Below are positions 38,840 to 50,769 of a stretch of DNA of 64,000 nt, in pieces. Position numbers and translations under genes: made by a program. Position 1 is the stretch's first letter. Every line of letters starts with the position of its first letter. This DNA is from Octopus vulgaris (taxonomy: Eukaryota): assembly GCA_951406725.2 (NCBI GenBank), contig OX597843.1:7440001-7504000 (forward strand), read 5' to 3'. The notes under the pieces are model-generated. The model did no database searches, was not told the DNA's origin, and saw only the letters and a program-made list of their open reading frames with translations.

Positions 38840-39352
38840 TTTTTTCTCTCCTTGTTTTTTTTCTGTGTCCCTTTCTGTGTAAGAGCATAGGCTCGAAACG
38901 TAAAAAAACTTTTTCTATTCCTGAGCTTTATACTAATACATCTGTTTGTTTTGTACACCACCTGTCTTCGCCTTTTGTTTTTTCATAAACTCTCCCTATA
39001 TATATATATATATATTTTTTTTTTTTTCTCTCCTTGTTTTTTTTCTGTGCCCCTTTCTGTAGAAGAGCATAGGCTCGAAACGTAAAAAACTTTTTCTATT
39101 CCTGAGCGTTATACTAATACATCTGTTTGTTTTGTACACCACCTGTCTTCGCCTTTTGTTTTTTCATAAACTCTCCCTATATATATATATTTTTTTTTTT
39201 TCTCTCCTTGTTTTTTTTCTGTGCCCCTTTCTGTAGAAGAGCATAGGCTCGAAACGTAAAAAACTTTTTCTATTCCTGAGCGTTATACTAATACATCTGT
39301 TTGTTTTGTACACCACCTGTCTTCGTCTTTTGTTTTTTCGTAAACTCTCCCT
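38840..39352 (+). repeat. Three tandem units of about 175 bp, each with a hammerhead-like motif
   Basis: GAGCATAGGCTCGAAACGTA recurs near 38883, 39065 and 39239; units separated by (TA)n(T)n. Confidence 0.85.
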
Positions 39353-39435
39353 AGATAGATAGATATATATATGTTTCGTTTTTTGGATTTGGTTTGCAAG
39401 ATTCTTTATGTGAGTTCGTGTGTTGAAGCATATTC

Positions 39436-39707
39436 TGTTGTGTCTGGGGAGGGTCATTCTCTTTTTGTGCCTTACAATTTAACACTCTCACCAGTAAAGT
39501 TTCCACTCATTTACTTATTTATTTTTCTAAAATTTTCATTGCATCTTGCAGCCTTTTCAATAGTTGTTGACTCTCAACTATTGAAAAGGTTGCAAGAATG
39601 CAACGAAAATTTTAGAAAAATAAAGAAGGAAATGAGTGGAAATTCATACCGCTGAGTTTGTTAAATTGTAAGGCACTAAAAGAGAATGACTCAGCCTAGA
39701 CACAACA

Positions 39708-39708
<1 letters not shown>
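39436..39708. repeat. Long imperfect palindrome (about 130-bp arms)
   Basis: CTGTTGTGTCT...TTTTCAATAGTTG ttgactct CAACTATTGAAAA...AGACACAACAG. Confidence 0.9.
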
Positions 39709-39759
<51 letters not shown>

Positions 39760-39957
39760 AAATGAAGAAAATGCTGACAAAATAATTTAAGTAAGGAAGA
39801 GTGTATTTAATTAGGTGAAAGTTCTTTTTACCGGTTGCGCATTTGTTATGCTTATCAAAAGATATTTTTTTAAGAGAGATAGAAGTCCTTTCTGATAGAT
39901 TTTTTTTCTTTATTTCATTTTTTTATATATCACAATTCGTGTTCCACATCTCCTTTT

Positions 39958-40009
<52 letters not shown>

Positions 40010-40582
40010 AAAATAAGCAACAAGAATGAATCCGGTAATTTAGTACAATTGTTTCATACTACAACATTTTATTAAAAGCTGAAAATATTATATTACAGCA
40101 GATTTAAGATGCCGAGTAATCTTCAGCTAATTTTATATAGGTTTTCCAATAATATAAAGTTCTCAGATCAATTAGTAACATCTTAGGGAAGGTAAATATA
40201 CAGATAAAGATGTAGATATGAATCTCAGGAACATGAGGTAGTGTAGTTAGGATGCTAACCTGACCAAAACTTCGTTCACAGTTGTGAACAAAGTTTATAT
40301 GTATATATATATATATATATTAGAAGAAAACCACCTTTTATCAATTCAAAATGAACTATTAAATTACACCATCTAGAAAATTACATATAATAGAAATATT
40401 AAAATTAAAATAATAAAATATCAATGATTAAGTAAATTGCAAAAAAAATAATTAAAACGTATAATAATTTGTAGAATAACGACACGTGTTTCGTGGCTAT
40501 ATTTTTTTTCCCTGTAAGTTTGGATTTATATTCCCTCAAATAATAATAATTATATATATATATATATAATATAAACAATATA

Positions 40583-40958
40583 TGCTAGAACGGGACGACA
40601 CTGCATAGTGCCAAAGATCCCAGCAATGCCATCATGCTTCAGGACCAGCTTCTGCAACAGCCTGGGTTTCAAGGGCCCACAGCTTTTTAATATTCTCCCA
40701 AAGAGTCTGAGGAACTTACACAAAGTAGAATTAGCGGTTTTTAAATCAAAGCTCGACATCTTCCTGTCAAGAGTCCCAGATGAACCTACCTCACGGCAAG
40801 AAGTGCAATTGAGAGTAGCTATATCAAACTCCATTCTTCACCAAGTGCCACATATTAGACGAGGTTCGTCGCAATAACAGTGTAGCACAAAACGGCGGTG
40901 CATCAGCATGGCCGCAGCTCTGAGCTGAAACTAGAAAAAAAATAATAAATAAATAAAT
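40583..40958 (+). mobile_element. 3' end of a CR1/L2-like LINE with 3' UTR and (TAAA)n tail
   Basis: ORF 40608-40877 (NSLGFKGPQLFNILPKSLRNL...FKSKLDIFLSRVPDEP) resembles the C-terminus of the LINE at 8655 (GPALFNIVP...FKQSLDRFLQRIPDKP). Confidence 0.88.
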
Positions 40959-41025
40959 ATATGCATATATACATACATATATGTACATACCTACATATAT
41001 ATGTATATATACATGCATATATTGG

Positions 41026-41320
41026 TACAGGACATCAAACAAAAACATAGAAACGAAAAAAACAAACAGAGAAGCTAGACATCCAACATAAAGAATATTC
41101 CCCTTCTTCAGTTGCCCTTGTTTCATCTATTTCACATTTCGAAGGCAAGGGTAAACGTGGAGTAGTTGAAACAGGGACAGCTGATGAAGGGGAATATTCT
41201 TTATGTTGTATGTCTCGTTTCTCTGTTTGTTTTTTGTTGTTCGACAAAAGTTTGTTTCTATGTTTTTGTTTTTATGTTTTCGTTTCTCATTGTGTTCAAC
41301 GTTTTTTTTTGATGTCCTGT
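41026..41320. repeat. Long imperfect palindrome
   Basis: TACAGGACATCAAA...CAACATAAAGAATATTCCCCTTC pairs with GAAGGGGAATATTCTTTATGTTG...TTTGATGTCCTGTA. Confidence 0.88.
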
Positions 41321-41376
41321 ATCTACACCAGCATCGGTTGTCAAGTGATGTTGGGGGGACAAACACAGACACATAA

Positions 41377-41410
<34 letters not shown>

Positions 41411-41549
41411 GACAGGCTTCTTTCAGTTTCCGTCTCACAAGGTTTTGGTCAGCCCGAGGCTATAGTAGAAGACACTTGCCCAAGGTTCCATGCAGTGGGA
41501 CTGAACCTAGAACCATGTTGTTGGTAAGCAAGCTACTTACCACACAGCC

Positions 41550-42260
<711 letters not shown>

Positions 42261-42420
42261 TAAATAAATATTTTCAAAGTGGAAAAATTTACGGATTTTT
42301 TCTCTTACGAGGTTTTTCCCGCTAACTACTGATAATTTCTTATAAAGATTTTATCCTCAAATGTAAATTTATATATATATATATATATATATACATATTG
42401 ATATATATATATACATATTG

Positions 42421-42453
<33 letters not shown>

Positions 42454-42494
42454 CATGTTGATATATATGCATATTGCTTTACGTATCAATCTAT

Positions 42495-42657
42495 GTGTGT
42501 AGGAGTGGCTGTGTGGTAAGTAGCTTGCTAACCAACCACATGGTTCCGGGTTCGGTCCCACTGCGTGGCATCTTGGGCAGGTGTCTTCTGCTATAGCCCC
42601 GGGCCGACCAATGCCTTGTGAGTGGATTTGGTAGACGGAAACTGAAAGAAGCCTGTC

Positions 42658-42707
<50 letters not shown>

Positions 42708-42932
42708 ATGTGTTTGTGTGTCTGTGTTTGTCTCCCTAGCATTGCTTGACAACCGATGCTGGTGTGTTTATGTCCCCGTCACTTAGCGGTTCGGCAAAAG
42801 AGACCGATAGAATAAGTACTGGGCTTACAAAAGAATAAGTCCCGGGGTCGATTTACTCGACTAAAAAGGCGGTGCTCCAGCATGGCCGCAGTCAAATGAC
42901 TGAAACAAGTAAAAGAGTAAAAGAGTAAAGAG
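42495..42932 (+). mobile_element. tRNA-derived SINE, family A, full length
   Basis: A box TGGCTGTGTGG, B box GGTTCGGTCCC, CORE-like TTGGGCAGGTGTCTT, central (TA)n(TG)n, tail ending (GTAAAAGA)n. Confidence 0.92.
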
Positions 42933-43379
42933 TATACACATGCACATATGTTCAGAAGCTTTTTTTAAAAAAATTACTTTACGTATCGTTAAATATAATT
43001 ACAAAAAGATGTTTTTTTCTTTTCAAAATTATTTTAAAAACATTTGCTTATTATTCAACAGAATGTCATTATCCTTTGAGGAAAAAGTTTTGAATGTATG
43101 TTGTGCATATTTTATACCCGGTGTGTATTCTGTATGTAAACAAAAGCACACGTTCCGGGCTGATGCATTAGCCTGAAGCGCATGTGTTGGGAAAAGTTGA
43201 GGAACAATGGGTTTCAAATAACAGATGCACATCAAGGCCTAAAGTATTATATAAAAGCCTCTGCCCCAAAGGTCAGTGACTTTCTGTTAAATATAAATTA
43301 GTATTGTTTTTTTTAATGCTTAATAACTTTAAAAAGTTTTTTTTTATGTGCATATGTGTGTGTGTGTGTGTGTGCACGT

Positions 43380-43380
43380 G

Positions 43381-43457
<77 letters not shown>

Positions 43458-43588
43458 GTCTATCTATCTATCTGTCTCTCTATCTATCTGTCTCTCTATC
43501 TATCTGTCTCTCTATCTATCTAGCTGTCTGTCTGTCTGTCTATCTAGCTATCTATCCGTGTGTGTGTGTGTCTATATATACACACACA

Positions 43589-43668
<80 letters not shown>

Positions 43669-43740
43669 CACACACACAAACACATACACACACACATACA
43701 CACACACACACACACATATATATGTATGTATATGTATATA
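43380..43740. repeat. (TATC)n and (CA)n microsatellites
   Basis: Direct reading. Confidence 0.95.
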
Positions 43741-43822
43741 AATATGGGATACTGGTACAACAATGCACCAATATTTACTGGAAATAGCAGTTGATAATAT
43801 ACGACACTATAGTAAAGCTTCA

Positions 43823-43865
<43 letters not shown>

Positions 43866-43868
<3 letters not shown>

Positions 43869-44403
43869 TCATCATCATGGCTCAGCTTCGCAAATGAAGA
43901 TCAGGAAAGCTGTCCATGTCACGTGCATGCACGCTCATGACTGACAAGTCCGATTTGGGAAAGGCAGGTCCGTGAGCAGTGTCCACAGACGAAGGTAACG
44001 TCCGATGTGGTGTCAGAGGTGGCTCGCGCCTTCCTCCCGTGTCTCTTGTCTTTAAGTGCGTCTCTTCTTTGTTCCTCAAACTTGTTGACTGTGTTGAAGA
44101 TCGTGTGGCGCCAGACATCATGGTCCACAGCCAGGCCTGACCAGCATTGGTGGTTAATATGACATGCTGTTAGAGACTTCTTGAGGCACAATAATAACCC
44201 GAAGAACAAAACAAAGATCAGTAACTACAGGGCCGTGGTTCTCACCACTCTTCTCTACGGCTCAGAGACCTGGATCACTTACCACAGTCACATCCGTCTC
44301 CTCAAGCGCTTCCACCAGTGATGTGTCCGCACCATCCTCAACATTCACTGGAGTGACTTCATCACAAACATTGAAGTCTTGGAGCGGGCCGAGATCTCCA
44401 GCA
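43866..44403 (-). mobile_element. RTE-clade LINE 3' fragment with inverted 5' segment
   Basis: Minus 43866-44190: LKKSL..C.I....W...A.DH..WR...C..CSR.CLSQIGLVSHERAC and an (ATG)n tail. Plus 44190-44403: KTKISNYRAVVLTTLLYGSETW...RFHQ*CVRTILNIHWSDFITNIEVLERA. Confidence 0.9.
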
Positions 44404-44824
44404 AATGTTTTGACTGGAGGACACTGATCCAACGAGTAACCGAGAGTCGACTGAGCGGATATATATATATATATATATAGTGGCAAAAATGTTTGCGGGT
44501 GACGAACATAAAAAATTTCTTCTTACCTGTAGGAAGAACATTGGATAAATGTAAAACCCAGATGTGGATAATCTAGGACCTATGTTTCAAACTTTCCAAA
44601 TTACATTCGTTAACTTACATTTGATTAGTTCTCTTCTGCTAGATTCACCTAGACAAAATTTCAAATGTCACTATAAAGGTGAGTTGAATTAGAGGTTATA
44701 ACAACCGTCTGAGGGACACTTGTATCCAATGAATTACTGGTATCTTACCTATGTGTGATTATGAGTATTAGTATTAATGTTTATAAATGATAGGTAAGGA
44801 AAGGAATAAACTGAAGTTTATATT

Positions 44825-45333
44825 TGGTCTCACTTGTCCCGGCAAGACAAGTGAGACCATAACTCTACCTCTACCTGGGATGTAGCCAGTCCACTTATGC
44901 ATACCTTTCCTTCTTGGGACACAAAACTCTACTTGCGAAGACCTGTTGACGCAAGTGAAATTGAAATCGAAATTGATAAAAATCAATGGAAATTGTGGTT
45001 GTGATACCAGTGCCGGTGGCACGTAAGAGAACCATCCGAACGTGGCCGTTGCCAGTACCACCCCAACTGGCCTCTGTGCCGGTGGCATGTAAAAAGCACC
45101 ATCTGATCGTGGCCGTTGCCAGCCTCGTCTGGCACCTGTGCCGGTGGCACGTAAAGAGCACCCACTACACTCACAGTGTGGTTGGCGTTAGGAATGGCAT
45201 CCAGCTGTAGAAACATTGCCAGATCAGACTGGGCCTGGTGCAGCCTTCTGGCTTCTCAGACCCCAGTTGAACCGTCCAACCCATGCTAGCATGGAAAATG
45301 GAAGTTAAACAACGATGACGATGATGATGATGA
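44825..45333 (+). mobile_element. SINE-like retroposon, family D, internal VNTR (about 3 units), (GAT)n tail
   Basis: GGTTGGCGTTAGGAA.GGCATCCAGCTGTAGAAAC domain and CCATGCTAGCATGGAAAA tail shared with 49438, 57070 and 61318. Confidence 0.8.
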
Positions 45334-45568
45334 TATTTAAGGAAAAGTTAGAAAATGGAGATAAAATTGATGAATAGCAATTGATTAACACCAATTATCA
45401 TTTATTAATTAATTACAAAAAGACAAAATCCCAGCTTACAGCTGTTTCTCTTAGCGTGATCCCCAAGTTTAACCACCATAATAATAATAATAATAATCAT
45501 TGTAAATAATTAATTATACCAGTTTGAATACATACATATAGTATATGAATGTATGTGTATGCGTATAG

Positions 45569-45610
<42 letters not shown>

Positions 45611-45619
45611 TTATATATT

Positions 45620-46030
45620 TCTTTCTTTCTTTTACTTGTTTCAGTCATTTGACTGCGGCCATGCTGGAGCACCGCCTTTAGTCGAGCAAATCGATCCCAG
45701 GACTTATTCTTTGTAAGCCCAGTACTTATTCTATCGGTCTCTTTTGCCGAACCGCTAAGTGACGGGGGACGTAAACACACCAGCATCGGTTGTCAAGCAA
45801 TGCTAGGGGGACAAACACAGACTCACAAACACACACACACACACACATACATATATATACATATATACGACAGGCTTCTTTCAGTTTCCGTCTACCAAAT
45901 CCACTCACAAGGCATTGGTCGGCCCGGGGCTATAGCAGAAGACTCTTGCCCAAGATGCCACGCAGTGGGACTGAACCCGGAACCATGTGGTTGGTTAGCA
46001 AGCTACTTACCACACAGCCACTCCTGCGCC
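45620..46030 (-). mobile_element. tRNA-derived SINE, family A, full length
   Basis: Reverse complement of 42495-42932. Confidence 0.92.
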
Positions 46031-46122
46031 TATATATATATATATATGTATCATCATCATCATCATTATCATTTAAGCGGACGGACGCTAAATGATTATA
46101 TATATATATATATATGTATATA

Positions 46123-46415
46123 TGGAGGCGCAATAGCCCAGTGGTTAGGGCAGCGAACTCGCGGTCGTAGGATCACAGTTTCAATTCCCAGACTGGGCGT
46201 TGTGAGTGTATATATATAGCGAAAACACCTAAAGCTCCATGACACTCTGGCAGTGGGGTAGTGGTGATCCCTGCTGTACTCTTTCTCTCACTCTTTCTTC
46301 TGTTGGCCTGCTCGCTTAGCCAGCGGGGTGGTGTCATTTAAAGGCTAAAACAATGCGAAGCGCATTGTGACCAGCGATGTGGAGCAACATCTGATAGCCT
46401 GGTCGGTCACGGTGA
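46123..46415 (+). mobile_element. tRNA-derived SINE, family C
   Basis: GGAGGCGCAATAGCCCAGTGGTTAGGGCAG head; homologous to 38113-38404. Confidence 0.85.
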
Positions 46416-46569
46416 TCACGGTGATATAGGTGTATATATATAGGTGTATATATGTATATAGGTGCATATATGTATATAGGTGCATATATGTATATGGGTG
46501 TATATATGTATGTTTATTATATATTTATCAGTCAGCATATTTGTTTTTTTATCTAAATATGTTTGTTTA

Positions 46570-46644
46570 TGTCCGTCCGTCCGTCCGTCCGTCCATCCAT
46601 CCATCCATCCATCCATCCATCTATCTGCCTATCTATCTATCTGC

Positions 46645-46685
<41 letters not shown>

Positions 46686-46854
46686 CATCTATCCATCTAT
46701 CTATCTATCCATCTATCCATCTATCTATCTATCCATCTATCCATCTATCCATCTATCTATCTATCTATCTATCTATCTGCCTATCTATCTATCTATCTAT
46801 CTGCCTATCTATCTATCTATCTATCTGCCTATCTATCTATCCATCCATCTATCC

Positions 46855-46907
<53 letters not shown>

Positions 46908-46915
46908 CCTATCTA

Positions 46916-46953
<38 letters not shown>

Positions 46954-47045
46954 CATCTATCCATCTATCCATCTATCTATTTATCTATCCATCTATCCAT
47001 CTATCCATCTATCTATCCATCCATCCATCCATCCATCCATCTATC
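46570..47045. repeat. (TCCA/TCTA/TCTG)n compound tetranucleotide microsatellite
   Basis: Direct reading. Confidence 0.95.
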
Positions 47046-47115
47046 CACATATATATATTCTGCATATCCCTCTCTGTATCTGTATTAATCTGCCTTCTGC
47101 TCTCTACCCTTTCAG

Positions 47116-47208
47116 AATGAAAATGATTCTGGAAATATTCCTTGTGATGATTGGTGGGGTTACGGTGGAGATGTCAAAACACCAGAGAAAGAAATGGCAC
47201 TTGAAAAG
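47116..47208 (+). CDS. Exon of SEC14-like gene ([31 protein letters not shown])
   Basis: CCCTTTCAG acceptor, AAG|GTAAAG donor, 93 nt, phase 0-0; G..GD...PEKEMALEK resembles the SEC14L2 N-terminus (GRVGDLSPRQKEALAK, from memory). Confidence 0.85.
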
Positions 47209-47382
47209 GTAAAGTGAACTAAGAAAAAACTGCTTTTATTGTTGTTGTTGTCATTGTTGCAGACATAATAAGGTTGAGCAGCTACGATGTGGACCACCAC
47301 TACCAGCTGTAGGTATTGTAGTGTCACCGGACAATCGGAAGATGATGGGCATTACAGCCTTGACCATCTTCGTCTGTTTTGT

Positions 47383-49117
47383 TTAACCCTTTCATGACTA
47401 ACTCGGTTGAAACCGGCTCTGGCTCTGTAGTACAAATGTCTTGTTTTCATAAGTTTTGAATTAAAATCTTCCACCAAACCTTAGTCGCAATTTATGTTCC
47501 TAACACCAGCTGAATGATAATGAACTTATTTTATTAAATTCTTTGTTATATTTAAAATTAATTGAAAGAAACACGGAGCATCTCAATAGAAATATGGTAA
47601 CAAAAGGGTTAAAGTCACCGTGATATTTTTAACCCTTTTGATACCAACCTGGCTGAAACCACCTCTGGCTCTGAGTACAAATGTCTTGTTTTCATAAGTC
47701 CTGAATTAAAATCTTCCTCCAAACCTTAGTCACAATTTATGTTCCTAACACTAGCTTAATGATAACGAACTTATTTTATTAAATTCTTTGTTATATTTAA
47801 AATTAACTGAAAGAAACACAGAGCATCTCAACAGAAATACAGTAACAGAAGAGTTAAGATATATAATAGAGAATCAATTCTTAACCCTTTTGATACCAAC
47901 CTGGCTGAAACCGGCTCTGGCTCTGTAGTACAAATGTCTTGTTTTCATAAGTTTTGGATTAAAATCTTCCCCAAACCTTAGTCACAATTTATGTTCCTAA
48001 CACTATCATAATGATAACTAAGTTATTTTACCAAATTCTTTGTTATATTTAAAATTAACTGAAAGAAACACAGAGCATCTCAACAGAAATATGGTAACAA
48101 AAGGGTTAAAATATATAATAGAGAATCAATTCTTAACCCTTTTGATACCAACCTGGTTGAAACCACTTCTGGCTCTGAGTACAAATGTCTTGTTTTCATA
48201 AGTTTTGAATTAAAATCTTCCACCAAACCTTAGTCACAATTTATGTTCCTAACACTAGCTGAATGATAACTAAGTTATTTTACTAAATTCTTTGTTATAT
48301 TTAAAGTAATTGAAAGAAACACAGAGCATCTCAACAGAAATATGGTAACAGAAGGGTTAAGATATATAATAGAGAATCAATTCTTAACCCTTTTGATACC
48401 AACCTGGCTGAAACCGGCTCTGGCTCTGAATACAAATGTCTTGTTTTCAAAAGTTCTGAATTAAAATCTTCCACCAAACCTTAGTCACAATTTATGTTCC
48501 TAACACTAGCTGAATGATAACTAAGTTATTTTATTAAATTCTTTGTTATATTTAAAATTAACTGAAAGAAACACAGAGCATCTCAGCAGAAATATGGTAA
48601 CGAAAGGGTTAAAATATATAATGGAGAATCAATTCTTAACCCTTTTAGTACCAACCTGGTTGAAACCACTTTTGGCTCTGAGTACAAATGTCTTGTTTTC
48701 AAAAGTTTTGGATTAAAATCTTCCCCTAAACCTTAGCCACAATTTATGTTCCTAATACTAGCTTAATGATAACTAAGTTATTTTACTAAATTCTTTGTTA
48801 TATTTAAAATGAATTGAAAGAAACACAGAGCATCTCAGCAGAAATATGGTAACAGAAGGGTTAAAATATATAATAGAGAAACAATTCTTAACCCTTTTGA
48901 TACCAACCTGGTTGAAACCACTTCTGGCTCTGTAGTACAAATGTCTTGTTTTCATAAGTTCTGAATTATAATCTTCCACCAAACCTTAGTCACAATTTAT
49001 GTTCCTAACACTAGCTTAATGATAACTAAGTTATTTTACTAAATTCTTTGTTATATCTAAAATTAATTGAAAGAAACACAGAGCATCTCAATAGAAATAT
49101 GGTAACAGAAGGGTTAA
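47383..49117. mobile_element. Tandem array of seven piggyBac-type MITEs (about 230 bp, period about 252 bp)
   Basis: Units bounded by TTAACCCTTTTGATACCA and TGGTAACA.AAGGGTTAA (consensus; copies 1 and 2 diverge); starts 47383, 47629, 47881, 48133, 48384, 48636, 48888. Confidence 0.88.
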
Positions 49118-49351
49118 TGGACTGCAGTAGTCAGTTGGAGCTAGCCATGGGGTGGAAGGACAGCAAGGGAAATCGTCAGAGGAAGAACTGCCATCAGGGA
49201 AGTGTCTCAGCTTGTTAGTTCTTAGCACTCTAAGGGAATTTGTCCCATTTAGGACATGATGCGTATACTTGTGTGTGTGTGTCTCTGTGTGTATATGTAT
49301 ATATATATAATCATATAATAGTATATATATGTATGTATGTATGTACGTATA

Positions 49352-49418
<67 letters not shown>

Positions 49419-49437
49419 GTATATATATATATGTATA

Positions 49438-50225
49438 TCATCATCATTGTTTAATGTCCGTTTTCCGCGCTGGCACGGGTTGGACGGTTCGACCAGGATC
49501 TGGGAAGCTAGGGGGCTGCACCAGGCTCCAGTCTGATCTGGCAGTGTTTCTATAGCTGGATGCCCTTCCTAACGCCAACCACTCCGTGAGTGTAGTGGGT
49601 GCTTTTTACGTGCCACCGACACAGGTGCCAGACGAGGCTGGCGAACGGCCACGCTCGGATGGGGTTTTTTATGTGCCACCGACACAGGTGCCAGACGAGG
49701 CTGGCGAACGGCCACGATTGGATGGTGTTTTTTATGTGCCACCGACACAGGTGCCAGACGAGGCTGGCGAACGGCCACGCTAGGATGGTGTTTTTTATTT
49801 GCCACCGGCACGGAGGCCAGAGGAGGCTGGCGAACGGCCACGCTCGGATGGTGTTTTTTATGTGCCACCGGCACGGAGGCCAGAGGAGGCTGGCGAACGG
49901 CCATGCTCGGATGGTGTTTTTTATGTGCCACCGACACAGGTGCCAGACAAGGCTGGCGAACGGCCACCCTCGGATGGTGATTTTTATGTGCCACCGGCAC
50001 GGAGGCCAGACGTGGCTGGCACGACCACGATCGGATGGTGTTTGTTACGTGCCACCAGCACGGAGGCCAGTCGATGCGGTACTGGCTACAGCCACGTTCG
50101 GATGGTTTTCTTATGTGCCACCGGCACTGGTACCACAAGGATACAAATTCCATTGATGTTCATCGATTTTGATTTGATTCTTTGATTTTTGATTTTCACT
50201 TGCCTCAACAGGTCTTCACAAGTAG
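49438..50225 (-). mobile_element. SINE-like retroposon, family D, internal 63-bp VNTR (8-9 units)
   Basis: TGCCACC recurs at 49611, 49674, 49737 and onward; (CAT)n at left end. Confidence 0.85.
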
Positions 50226-50769
50226 AGTTATGAGTTATTGTGAAACTAATAATGGTGGTGGTTGTGTCAGAGATAGGGATAATGATTACGAGGACAATGA
50301 TGAATGATTATGATGACATTAATACATTAATTGGGATGATGGTGGTGATGGTGATATTGGTAGTGGTGGTGGTGCTGCTGTTGATAATGATGTTAATAAT
50401 GATGCTGGTGATGATGATGGTGGTTGTGGGTGATGGTAGTTACAGTGCTGTTGTTGTTGTTGTTGTTGTTAAGCAACAAGACGGGTAAGGGTGATTAGGT
50501 GATGGTCTAGGGCTTAGGGGCGGCGGACCCCAGACCTTGGAAATAAAAAAATTTGGTTGTCTTGTTGTATAGTTCAGGGCTCTTCATTGACGCCCGACAC
50601 CACTGGGAGGTGGTCCTTGAAGTCACTGGAAATGGAGATCTCCAGGTCCAAATTCTTGAACAGCTAGTTACGGGGCTGATGGTGATGGTGACAAAAGTGG
50701 TTGCAGAGGATGAGGGATCACTCGGCTCGTCCGTCGATGAAGAGTGCAGCGATCCGCAGAAAAAAAAAA

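Noticed and set aside
41168-41190. GAAAC...CTGATGA as a hammerhead
   Set aside because: No room for stem III, the NUH triplet and stem I between the boxes.
42500-42575. tRNA genes at SINE heads (also 46123)
   Set aside because: A and B boxes are present but they continue into SINE bodies and I cannot fold a proper cloverleaf.
47263-47312. Possible extra exon (TTGCAG...GTAG|GTATTG)
   Set aside because: Phase-0 entry hits TAA at once, and exons 47116 and 54278 already join in a homologous frame.
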